16,882 bases of DNA from Tolypothrix carrinoi HA7290-LM1 (lineage in GTDB: Bacteria; Cyanobacteriota; Cyanobacteriia; Cyanobacteriales; Nostocaceae), in the NCBI GenBank assembly GCA_019358935.1, contig JAHHIK010000146.1:1-16882 (forward strand), read 5' to 3'. The notes below the pieces were generated by a model. It worked only from the letters and a program-made list of their open reading frames with translations, ran no database searches and was not told the origin of the DNA. Position 1 is the stretch's first letter. Each line of letters begins with the position of its first letter. Positions 1 through 8,222 of this stretch are shown one piece after another. The translations under genes and the position numbers were made by a program.

Positions 1-83
1 CCTCTGGAGACATCGACCTCTGTTTGGGTGGGGAAACTCCTTTAAATAAGCCGAGTCGCGGAAAGAGGAAACCCAAGAAGTGA
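1..83 (+). CDS. tnpB: C-terminal tail of RNA-guided endonuclease TnpB (partial)
   Basis: The frame from nt 3 reads SGDIDLCLGGETPLNKPSRGKRKPKK*, a basic tail like those of cyanobacterial TnpB, overlapping the right-end scaffold. No catalytic motifs fall within the window. Confidence 0.65.
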   Translation, partial: SGDIDLCLGGETPLNKPSRGKRKPKK

Positions 84-124
84 TTCTTGGAATCCCCGTG
101 TCTTCAGACCGGGGAGGATGTCAA
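1..124 (+). mobile_element. Right end of an IS200/IS605-family tnpB element, including the omegaRNA/reRNA scaffold (element continues upstream of the window)
   Basis: GAAT (90-93) precedes a subterminal hairpin TCCCCG..TCT-TC-AGA..CGGGGA (93-115), followed by TCAA (121-124). This is the IS608-type right-end guide and cleavage-site arrangement. A second hairpin CCAAGAA/TTCTTGG lies at 73-90. Confidence 0.85.
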
Positions 125-843
125 TTAGTCGAATTTATCCGTTTGAAGCTTTTTTAAGTGCTGAGGGGAAACCGCTAATTGAGTATGAAGTGAAGGAGGT
201 TAAGAAAGTCGAGAAAGAGCGCCGCGATGGTCAAAATATAATTAAGCGATCGCCCGGAGATGTTAAACGCACTCCTGGCTACCGCTCTGGCGATGCTTTT
301 AAGATGAGAATCGGTATGGGGACGGTGCTGGAGCAATCGGGTGATGAGCTAGTAGAAAAAGCATCCGGTTCGGCTCTGTGTCGTATGGCGCTTTGGCAAT
401 ACGTACTGTGTCAGGTGGAGACTGGTAAACTAAAGCCCAACTCGGTTACAAAGCGACTTCTAGACTATAAAAACGCTTTGAAGAATCTCACAACCCCTGC
501 AATAACCCATCGCCTTATGTGGCACAAGCGTTCGTTTTGTAGATCCACTTGTATACGCGCGAATATTTTTGATGAACGCGCAACGCGTCTCCCTTTGGGA
601 GAAGGCTGTCCACATAAGGCTTGCGTAGGACTCGCCCCTCAAGGCAAGCAACTACTTAACGGTAAGCACTTACAAGGTAAACTTATGGCGAAAGTTGCGA
701 ATATGCTGTTTGATGAATTGGTTCAGGCGATCGCGCACCCCAACAACGCTCCTAGAGTGAACTGGTATAGGATTGAAGCTGAAGAGACTAAAGCTTTGCT
801 TTCTTGTAACGTTAAGACGGATAGAGGAAGTGTTAGGCGTTGA
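125..843 (+). pseudogene. C-terminal part of an IS110-family-like transposase/recombinase, interrupted at its 5' side by the IS605 element
   Basis: FKMRIGMGTVLEQSGD...ASGSALCRMALWQY resembles the Transposase_20 pattern G-x-x-P/T-x-x-x-Q-S-G...G-x-x-x-x-R-x-A-L. The ORF-track ATG at 118 belongs to the IS end (GATGTCAA), and no N-terminal DEDD domain is present in the window. Confidence 0.6.
494..639. mobile_element. Putative 141-bp in-frame miniature insertion flanked by CCCCT direct repeats
   Basis: CCCCT occurs at 494-498 and 635-639 (141 bp apart, 47 codons). An internal perfect inverted repeat GCCTTATGTGG (512-522) / CCACATAAGGC (610-620) is present, and the segment contains a GCGTCTCC..GGAGAAGG motif also seen near 11930. 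Confidence 0.5.
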
Positions 844-993
844 CTTTGGGGTGAAATTTGATGATGAGTCCTAAGTGTTGGCGGAGCAACTATATAGTAC
901 ATTATTACTAGCTACAACGATGTGAGTCTCCCTTCTTAGTGCCAACTACACTGATATCAGCCTGAAAACGCCAAATATAGAGGTGCTGTAAGC

Positions 994-1743
994 ATGGTAC
1001 AACAAGTAACGCCCCTTCCTAACGCTCTTGTCATCTACCCAGAAAGCGACGGACAACCGATGGCAGATAATACCGAACAATTTCAATGGATAGTAAAAAT
1101 TAAAGAAAATTTAGAAATCTTATTTGCATTACAGGATAATGTCTTTGTCGCAGGTAATTTACTTTGGTATGCTGTCCAAGGCGATGTGAAAGTCCGACAA
1201 GCACCTGATGCAATGGTTGTGTTTGGTAGACCAAAAGGAAAACGCGGTTCATATAAACAGTGGGAAGAAGATAATATTCCCCCACAGGTGGTATTTGAAA
1301 TTTTATCGCCTGGTAACAAAACTAAAGATATGGCAAATAAACTGCTGTTCTATCAACGCCACGGTGTAGAAGAGTATTATATCTACGATCCGCAGACGAA
1401 TGAATTAACTGGGTTGCTGCGTGAGCAAGAGAATTTAGAAGTTATTGAAGAGATAAATAATTGGGTTAGTCCTCGCTTGGAAATACGTTTTGAACTTACA
1501 CCGAATACTCTAGAAATTTTCTCTCCCTCAGGACGAAGGTTTCTCACTTCTGTAGAACTAGATCAAATACGAGAACACGAACGTCAACGCGCTGAACACG
1601 AACGTCAACGAGCTGAACACGAACATCAACGCGCTGAACAAGAACGTCAGGACAAAGAAGCAGTGCAGCTTCAGTTGGAGGAAGAACGACAGCGCTATCA
1701 AGATTTGTTAAGGCGACTACAAGAAAGAGGAATTGATCTGTGA
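994..1743 (+). CDS. Uma2 family PD-(D/E)XK endonuclease with C-terminal coiled-coil repeat
   Basis: Motifs YPESDGQPMADNT, QAPDAMV, FEILSPGN and GVEEYYIYDP; GAGG RBS-like sequence at 980; HERQRAE repeats. Confidence 0.92.
   Translation: MVQQVTPLPNALVIYPESDGQPMADNTEQFQWIVKIKENLEILFALQDNVFVAGNLLWYAVQGDVKVRQAPDAMVVFGRPKGKRGSYKQWEEDNIPPQVVFEILSPGNKTKDMANKLLFYQRHGVEEYYIYDPQTNELTGLLREQENLEVIEEINNWVSPRLEIRFELTPNTLEIFSPSGRRFLTSVELDQIREHERQRAEHERQRAEHEHQRAEQERQDKEAVQLQLEEERQRYQDLLRRLQERGIDL
1573..1650 (+). repeat. 21-bp coding tandem repeat (about 3.7 units, EHERQRA)
   Basis: GAACACGAACGTCAACGCGCT-type units start at 1573, 1594 and 1615, with a partial unit at 1636. Confidence 0.9.
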
Positions 1744-1763
1744 AAATATGTGAGTTTAATTTG

Positions 1764-2333
1764 CTACCACACTTTATTCAAATTCAACTCAAACCCTGGT
1801 AAAACATCTTCACCGGATACAGTTGTAGGAGATTGCAATATTTCTACCTCTTTCCCTAGACGATAAATTTCTACTGTTTTATTCTTGGGGTCAAGCAACC
1901 AACCTAAACGAACCCCGTTGTTAATATACTCTTGCATCTTTTCTCTAAGTTTTTTCAGGGAATCACTACTAGAACGCAATTCCACGACAAAATCAGGTGC
2001 GAGAGGAGAAAATTCTTCTTCTTGTTGAGTTTGGGTTAAAGCCTCCCATTTTTCATTACTTACCCAAGAAGCATCGGGTGAGTAAACTGCACCATTAGGC
2101 AAGGTAAAACCACTGGAAGAGTCAAATACAATACCTAAATTTGTGCGATCGTTCCAATTCCATAGTTGAGCATTCAAACCAGAGTTTTTCTTACCCGTCC
2201 ACGGATACGTTGGAGGCATAATTATAACTTCTCCAGTTGCAGCACGTTCTAACTGTAAATCTTGATTAGCTTGGCACAGTTCCTTAAATCCCTCTGCACC
2301 CAGATTGGGGATATTCAAAGTGATGGCGTTCAT
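1764..2333 (-). CDS. Uma2 family endonuclease
   Basis: Motifs LERAATGEVIIMPP, FDSSSGFTLPNGA, SPDASW, PDFVVELRS and NGVRLGWLLDP. Confidence 0.93.
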   Translation of the reverse strand: MNAITLNIPNLGAEGFKELCQANQDLQLERAATGEVIIMPPTYPWTGKKNSGLNAQLWNWNDRTNLGIVFDSSSGFTLPNGAVYSPDASWVSNEKWEALTQTQQEEEFSPLAPDFVVELRSSSDSLKKLREKMQEYINNGVRLGWLLDPKNKTVEIYRLGKEVEILQSPTTVSGEDVLPGFELNLNKVW

Positions 2334-2450
2334 AAGCTTTAAGAATGAACTTTTCTTTTTAATTATAAGTTTGGCTTAACGTCTGGGGTTGCTGATTTTA
2401 AATTCATATTTAAAATTTTTGCGAACAATTTAAAACCTAAAATTATTATT

Positions 2451-2507
2451 TGTAGAGACGTTCCGGCGGAACATTTGTAGAGACGTTCCACGCTTTACGT
2501 CTCTACA
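2451..2507. repeat. REP-like palindromic repeat TGTAGAGACGTT...ACGTCTCTACA with a duplicated left arm
   Basis: TGTAGAGACGTTCC at 2451 and 2476, with the complementary arm ACGTCTCTACA at 2497-2507, just past the uvrB stop codon. A degenerate relative lies at about 15112-15141. Confidence 0.8.
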
Positions 2508-2518
2508 TTCAACAACGT

Positions 2519-4516
2519 TTAACGTCCCACTAATTTATCGCGCAAATTCTTAATACGATCGCGCAATTTACCCGCTTGTTCAAATTCCAATTTCTTCGCT
2601 GCTTCTTTCATTTGTGCTTCTAGCAAAGTAATCAAATCGGGAATTTGTTCTAACGGTAGTTCATCCATATGTTGATCGACAGTTTCTAACTCAGTTGCAT
2701 TCAAGCGCCGCGATACTTCCAAAAATGATAAAATCGCATTACTCGATTTTTTCACAATCGGTTGCGGTGTAATATTGTGCAACTTGTTGTATGCTGTTTG
2801 AATACCACGACGCCTGTCAGTTTCGTCAATTGCCTTAATCATGCTATCTGTGAGATTATCAGCATACATAATCGCTTTGCCGCGAACATGACGCGCTGCT
2901 CTACCTATAGTTTGAATGAGCGATCGCTCTGCACGCAAAAATCCTTCTTTATCTGCGTCCAAAATCGCTACCAGCGAAACTTCCGGTAAATCCAAACCTT
3001 CCCGCAGCAAGTTCACCCCAACCAACACATCAAATTTACCCTCACGCAAATCCTGAATTATCTCAATTCTTTGAATTGAATTAATCTCAGAATGCAAATA
3101 TCGCACTCGAATCCCATTATCTTCCAAATACTCAGTTAAATCTTCCGCCATCCGCTTAGTTAATGTGGTAATTAACACGCGTTCGCGAAGGTCAACTCTA
3201 TCTTTAATTTCTCCCAACAAATCATCAATTTGTCCTTCTGTCGGACGCACAACAATTTCTGGGTCAATTACTCCCGTTGGGCGAATTATTTGTTGTGCTA
3301 TATTATTTTCCGAAATTTCTAATTCCCAATTTCCCGGTGTAGCAGAAACAAAAATACATTGATTCACCTTTTCCCAAAATTCTTCTGCTTTCAAAGGACG
3401 GTTATCAGCAGCACTGGGTAAACGAAATCCATGCTCAATTAATACTTTTTTTCTTGCCTGATCGCCGTTGTACATGCCGCGAATTTGTGGCACAGTAACG
3501 TGAGATTCATCGATTACTAACAGCCAATCTTTAGGAAAATAATCAATTAAAGATTCTGGAGGTTCTCCAGCTTGTCTGCCGGCTAAATGGCGAGAATAGT
3601 TTTCTACACCGTTACAATAACCGACTTCGCGCAACATTTCCAAATCATAGCGCGTGCGCTGATCTATACGTTGCGCTTCTAATAATTTTCCTGCTTCTTC
3701 TAATTCGGCTTTGCGTTGTTTTAATTCGGCTTGAATGTCATCACAAGCGATTTGTAATCTTTCTTCTGGAGTGACAAAGTGACGCGCTGGATAGATATTT
3801 ACCGCTTGTATACTTTTAATGATTTCCCCTGTCACCGGATCTACGTAACGAATTGCGTCAATTTCATCACCAAAGAATTCAACGCGAATAATTCTATCTT
3901 CGTAAGCCGGACCAATTTCTAAAACATCACCTCGAACGCGAAATTTACCGCGACCCATTTCTATATCGTTGCGGCTATATTGAATTGATGCTAAATCTCG
4001 TAAAATCTCGCGTTGATTAACTTCCAAACCTACTTGAAAGGGGATGGCAGCTTTGAGATATTCTGAAGGCATTCCTAAACCGTAAATGCAGCTGATGGAA
4101 GCAACAACGATGACATCACGACGTTCAAAAAGCGATCGCGTCGCTGAGTGACGCAACATGTCAATTTCATCGTTAATCGAAGCTGTCTTTTCTATATACG
4201 TGTCACTGACGGGAATATAAGCTTCTGGCTGATAGTAGTCGTAGTAGCTGACGAAGTACTCGACTGCGTTGTGGGGAAAGAATTCCCGCAACTCGTTACA
4301 AAGTTGTGCGGCGAGGGTTTTATTATGCGCTAATACAAGTGTGGGTTTCCCTACCTTTTCAATTACTGATGCGATTGTAAATGTCTTGCCTGTTCCCGTG
4401 GCTCCCAGTAAAGTTTGATAATGGTTGTTGGCTTGGATACTCGTGGTAAGTTGGGCGATCGCTTGTGGTTGATCTCCTGTCGGCACAAACGGTGCTTGAA
4501 GACAAAATTCTGTCAT
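2519..4516 (-). CDS. uvrB: Excinuclease ABC subunit B
   Basis: Motifs [16 protein letters not shown] (Walker A), [27 protein letters not shown] and [27 protein letters not shown], plus a C-terminal UVR domain; 665 aa. Confidence 0.99.
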   Translation of the reverse strand: MTEFCLQAPFVPTGDQPQAIAQLTTSIQANNHYQTLLGATGTGKTFTIASVIEKVGKPTLVLAHNKTLAAQLCNELREFFPHNAVEYFVSYYDYYQPEAYIPVSDTYIEKTASINDEIDMLRHSATRSLFERRDVIVVASISCIYGLGMPSEYLKAAIPFQVGLEVNQREILRDLASIQYSRNDIEMGRGKFRVRGDVLEIGPAYEDRIIRVEFFGDEIDAIRYVDPVTGEIIKSIQAVNIYPARHFVTPEERLQIACDDIQAELKQRKAELEEAGKLLEAQRIDQRTRYDLEMLREVGYCNGVENYSRHLAGRQAGEPPESLIDYFPKDWLLVIDESHVTVPQIRGMYNGDQARKKVLIEHGFRLPSAADNRPLKAEEFWEKVNQCIFVSATPGNWELEISENNIAQQIIRPTGVIDPEIVVRPTEGQIDDLLGEIKDRVDLRERVLITTLTKRMAEDLTEYLEDNGIRVRYLHSEINSIQRIEIIQDLREGKFDVLVGVNLLREGLDLPEVSLVAILDADKEGFLRAERSLIQTIGRAARHVRGKAIMYADNLTDSMIKAIDETDRRRGIQTAYNKLHNITPQPIVKKSSNAILSFLEVSRRLNATELETVDQHMDELPLEQIPDLITLLEAQMKEAAKKLEFEQAGKLRDRIKNLRDKLVGR

Positions 4517-4860
4517 ACAAATGTACTATAAATACCCTATCTCATGGTAGCGAATGCGCTGTGTTTTACGTTGAGTACTAACCGAACGTCATTCCACACC
4601 TGAATAAACTTAATAAAACGTCACTTTTTATTACAAAAATTTACTATTTTAATTTACTTATATGTATCTTTTGAATAAATATATATCCATAGCAACTTTT
4701 TTAAGGTTACACTCTAAATATTAAGGAAAAATTCATTTTTTCACTAATTATTGTAAAATTTACTTAACAAGCGAGGGGGGGTTAGGTCATAAGCGTTAGT
4801 AGTACTGGTAAAACAATCAGTCCTAGACAAAAGCTTGGCAAGTTAAAGGGAGACACGACA

Positions 4861-5217
4861 GTGGAAGTTAAAAATAACCAAGGTAATAGCTTGAATACAG
4901 ATGCACAAGGGCAAGATATTGATAAGCTAGTGAAGCTAGAGTCACCAAATGTAGAAGTTCATGACACACTAGCTATTTCTCATGTACGTCCAACTAGCGC
5001 CAGTCATTTGGAAGTTACTCATACAATGAATTCTTCAGGAATTCGTCCAATTGGTGCGAATACAATGGAAGTTGTTGAAAGTATTTACGAATCTGGGATT
5101 CGTCCAATCAGCTCAAGTGGACTAGTAATTTCGCAAACTTACTCCGCAATGGGCAATCGTCCAGTAGCATCAAATATGATTGACGATCCAGATAGTATAA
5201 TGGGTTTTCTGGATTAA
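4861..5217 (+). CDS. Hypothetical protein with four 19-aa G-x-R-P repeats
   Basis: GTG start preceded by GGGAG (4848-4852). CGTCCA (Arg-Pro) recurs at 4987, 5044, 5101 and 5158 with exact 57-nt spacing. A terminator-like hairpin follows. Confidence 0.8.
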   Translation: MEVKNNQGNSLNTDAQGQDIDKLVKLESPNVEVHDTLAISHVRPTSASHLEVTHTMNSSGIRPIGANTMEVVESIYESGIRPISSSGLVISQTYSAMGNRPVASNMIDDPDSIMGFLD

Positions 5218-5242
5218 ACAAAGTAATACTTAGACCTTTATC

Positions 5243-5273
5243 AACTCGGTTTCTCTGCGGAACCGAGTTTTTT
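5243..5273 (+). terminator. Rho-independent terminator-like hairpin
   Basis: AACTCGGTT / AACCGAGTT stem running into a T tract, 25 nt after the stop codon. Confidence 0.7.
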
Positions 5274-5302
5274 ATTATATAGCTAATAGTTAACAATTAT
5301 TC

Positions 5303-5343
5303 AGATCCCCGACTTCGCTCTTTGTTGTCGGGGATGTTTTTTT
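5303..5343. repeat. ATCCCCGAC...GTCGGGGAT palindromic dispersed repeat or second terminator
   Basis: 9-bp stem at 5305-5313 / 5327-5335 followed by a T run; resembles a common Nostocales repeat. Confidence 0.65.
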
Positions 5344-5536
5344 AGCTATTTGCTTTGTTAGTACCTTAGTTCTTGTTGATTTTCTTATCTCCCTCTTTAA
5401 GCATAGATAACTAATATATCTTGTGACGGAAGGCTACAGTAAAAACATTAAGCTAGTTTGTAATAGTGATAAAAAACAATTTCAAAGTTATCAATAAGCT
5501 TTGAAATAAAAACTATTCTTTATAAGGACAACAAAA

Positions 5537-5719
5537 ATGAGCATAGAAGATCGCGCTAAAGCTGCTGCTAAAAATGTAGAAGGTAAAGCTCAAGAAGCAC
5601 TGGGAAATGTTACCGGCGACCCAGAAGATAAAGCAGAAGGCAAAGCAAAGCAAGCCGAAAGCGAAGTACGTCACGGTGTTGAAGACGTAAAAGATAACGT
5701 CAAAAAAGCAATTGACTAA
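5537..5719 (+). CDS. csbD: CsbD family general stress protein
   Basis: 60 aa with EGKAQEALGNVTGD...AEGKAKQAE; AAGGA RBS at 5524. Confidence 0.92.
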   Translation: MSIEDRAKAAAKNVEGKAQEALGNVTGDPEDKAEGKAKQAESEVRHGVEDVKDNVKKAID

Positions 5720-5914
5720 GCAGAATGCTTTTTGCTTTATGTCTGTAGGATAGGGTGCATTCCCTGACTGGATGGCTGAAAAACGTAAATCCCCACATTC
5801 CTTTTATCCCCCTTGAATGGGGGATAAAGGTGCAAAGGATAGATGTGCAGACTAAATTCCCAAATTAAGGGATGCTTACTACCAAGAGCGATTTTAAGAT
5901 ATAAAGAATAACAA

Positions 5915-5999
5915 ATATAGCAATCCTAAACGATTCGTAAATATAGTGTAGTTGCTATAGAAAAATGGGTTTAAAAAACCTTAGATAGGATTACTATAT
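5915..5999. mobile_element. Short MITE-like element with TATAGCAATCCTA termini
   Basis: ATATAGCAATCCTA (5915-5928) versus TAGGATTACTATAT (5986-5999), a 13/14 inverted match. The same left arm recurs at 12311. Confidence 0.6.
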
Positions 6000-6039
6000 T
6001 TTGTCTGATTGCAAATGTAATTTTTGGGAGGATACAAAA

Positions 6040-6483
6040 ATGATTCTGCTTCAGCGGGGTCGGAAAATCTTGACAGCTTTCGTGTTGATTTTAGTTCTGA
6101 CAATAAGTACAGCTTGCAGTAGCGGTAATGTAGCACAACTTGACCGCACAACTAATCAACCAGCAATTGGTACAACTACAGCTTACGCGGAACTAGAGCG
6201 AGGAAATACTGCGACAGGACAAACCTTTGGTGACTGGGTTGTGCAATCATCCAAGGGATTAATTCGTGATGCTTACGTGCGTGATAATAACAAACTAGGT
6301 GTTGTGATTTCTCCTCAAGTTCGTCCTAACGAAGTGCGAGACTTGGCAAAATCTTTAGCGCAAGGTTTCCGGAAGAATTTCCCGAATCAAGACTTAACAG
6401 TTCTGATATATGCGCCTGATAAGCAATTGATTTTGACGACTAAGTATGATGTTCAGACCAATAAAATTGAGTATAACGCATAA
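6040..6483 (+). CDS. Conserved hypothetical lipoprotein
   Basis: ATG at 6040 after GGAGG (6027-6031) is preferred over the TTG at 6001. It has a basic N-region, a hydrophobic stretch and a lipobox-like STAC. Confidence 0.8.
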   Translation: MILLQRGRKILTAFVLILVLTISTACSSGNVAQLDRTTNQPAIGTTTAYAELERGNTATGQTFGDWVVQSSKGLIRDAYVRDNNKLGVVISPQVRPNEVRDLAKSLAQGFRKNFPNQDLTVLIYAPDKQLILTTKYDVQTNKIEYNA

Positions 6484-6493
6484 TTACTCGATA

Positions 6494-6579
6494 TTGGTCA
6501 TGGGGAACGCGGTAATTGGTAATGGGGAACGCGGTAATTGGTAATGGGTTTTTATCAATTTACAATTACCAATTATCAA
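6494..6579. repeat. STRR-type heptamer repeats (GGTAATT/GGTAATG, with a 22-bp duplication) followed by complementary TACCAAT-like units
   Basis: TGGGGAACGCGGTAATTGGTAA at 6501 and 6523; TATCAAT/TACCAAT units at 6553-6579. Confidence 0.8.
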
Positions 6580-6665
6580 CAAAAAGTGAAAGCAAGCAAC
6601 ATAAATGCACGTTAATTAGTTGCTGCGTGGAAATTTGACAAAGAAAGCTATGAGCTTTCTAAATA

Positions 6666-7205
6666 ATGGAGGTAAGTAAAGTGTCAAGTAGCGAACAGTA
6701 CAAGCGTCAAATAATGAACGACTTGGCTCAAGGGAATGTAGAATCATTGGATGATGCTCCAGTTGATCCATCAAAGCAATATCAAAACTTTGACGATTTT
6801 GCTCAACGGACAACTACAGATGAACGTCGTCAGATGTTTGGTAAATCTTTGCATCCCGATCGCATTCCCACCAGCCAAATGGAGCCAGAATTGCAGAAGG
6901 CGATCGCTCAAATCAAACCCAACGAACGCGATGATGTAGCGCGATCGTTTTTCAAACACCTCAAGCAAAGAGGATTGGATGAGCGTCATCTAGAGCAACA
7001 GCTCGGACTTTCCACTCATCATGCCGGTCGCATGAGCGCTGATGACGTCAGCAAACTCGCATCCTTCGCATATCACAACCATCCCGACATCTTCCGCGAA
7101 GTCCTAGCAGAGCAACCAGGTATTCTCAAGTTTCTCAGCAACCCCGTCGTCGCAGCCGTTTTGGGAATCGCAGCAGCCAAATGGCTGGGTGGTCATCATA
7201 AATAA
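6666..7205 (+). CDS. Hypothetical protein with C-terminal hydrophobic helix
   Basis: 179-aa ORF (alternative GTG start at 6681 after GGAGG) ending in PVVAAVLGIAAAKWLG; followed by a terminator. Confidence 0.82.
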   Translation: MEVSKVSSSEQYKRQIMNDLAQGNVESLDDAPVDPSKQYQNFDDFAQRTTTDERRQMFGKSLHPDRIPTSQMEPELQKAIAQIKPNERDDVARSFFKHLKQRGLDERHLEQQLGLSTHHAGRMSADDVSKLASFAYHNHPDIFREVLAEQPGILKFLSNPVVAAVLGIAAAKWLGGHHK

Positions 7206-7242
7206 TAGCTGAGTATTAAGTTGTGTGTAAGTTGTGATTAAA

Positions 7243-7277
7243 TAAGGTGGGGTATAATATCCCACCTTAATTTTTTT
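7243..7277 (+). terminator. Rho-independent terminator
   Basis: TAAGGTGGG / CCCACCTTA stem followed by a T tract. Confidence 0.75.
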
Positions 7278-7323
7278 CGTAGTAAGCACGGAGAGTGCTT
7301 AAAATAGATACAAGTATAATCTG

Positions 7324-7634
7324 GTAGGGTGCGTTATGGACGGAACGTCCTAACGCACCGAAAATCTAGGATGGTGCGATCTTCCTACGGCATAACACAA
7401 CGCCACTTGCAGATAGCGCGGGAAACCCGACGGCAGGTGCTATAACGTTCGTGACCTCCCTTCGGGTTCGCGCCTTGCCGGCACGAGGGAAACCCTCCCT
7501 TTCTCGCTGGTCTCACCGCAACGCACTGCCTCCGCAACGCAGTGGCTCCCCTACAAAACTAGGGAAAATTAAGGTTTTTGAAGCCTGCCTAGGCAGGCTT
7601 TGTACGTATAGCCGCACCCTTCTAGGGTGACGGC
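7324..7634. repeat. Nested small dispersed repeats / REP-like mosaic
   Basis: Outer GTAGGGTG...CCCTAC (7324-7554) contains ACGCCACTTGC...GCAGTGGCTC, ACGGCAGGTGC...GCACTGCCTC and CCCTTCGGGTTCGC...TCAC. Further palindromes lie at 7581-7600 and 7611-7634. Confidence 0.8.
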
Positions 7635-8222
7635 GTTGTGGTGCAACATGTGAGTATGAAAACGCAGACTAGAAACTACTAAGTAATTTAGTACAATTTA
7701 AAGAGTATTCACACAAATTTTATACAATCTACAACTAAATTTAGCCTACAAGCCTTATAAAATCTAACTTTTGGTAGGTGAATATATCTAAAAGTAACCT
7801 CCACTAGTTTAAAGATTCCATCAAGACAAGCCTCTACTAGTTGATTTTTTCTACCTAACTAGTAACACTGATTACTGTGCAGTTCGGGAATAAACACTGA
7901 AGACATCGCCAGCAACTCGAAGTAAAAGCCAGATTAAAGACTGAAGTCATATCTGCGCTTTCTTGTCACAAGCAGCACCCACCTATCGCCGCGTGAATGC
8001 CTCTTGCGGGAGTTTGTGCAGCAACTTTGAGATAAAGAGCGTATCTCACTACCGGGTAAATCTACCATCAACCTTTACCTATTCATGGAAGTGAGTTCAA
8101 TGACAAGATTTCAAGTTAGAAATAAGTTACGCAAAGCTGGTTCTAAAGCAAAATCTATTGCTGTGGAAAGACTGGGGAATGTTAGTCAAGGCACATCCAG
8201 ACTGAGCATAAGCAAAGCTAGT

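Noticed and set aside
118..124. ATG at 118 as the native start of the 241-aa ORF
   Set aside because: It lies within the IS605 right-end sequence GGATGTCAA, so the ORF is a fusion created by the insertion.
896..909. LexA-box-like AGTACATTATTACT
   Set aside because: It has a mismatch in the second half-site in AT-rich DNA, and no good box was found upstream of uvrB either.
2762..4333. Small plus-strand ORFs within uvrB, and similar antisense ORFs in other genes
   Set aside because: They are shadow frames of well-supported genes.
6494..6549. CRISPR array suggested by the repeat clusters here and at 9061, 10808 and 13908
   Set aside because: These are 7-, 21- or 22-bp tandem units without unique spacers, and there are no cas genes.
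8085..8222. c-di-GMP riboswitch (ACGCAAAGC at about 8129) or an extended PEP-CTERM N-terminus
   Set aside because: The P1/P2 stems and GNRA loop could not be built, and the extension would bury the signal peptide.
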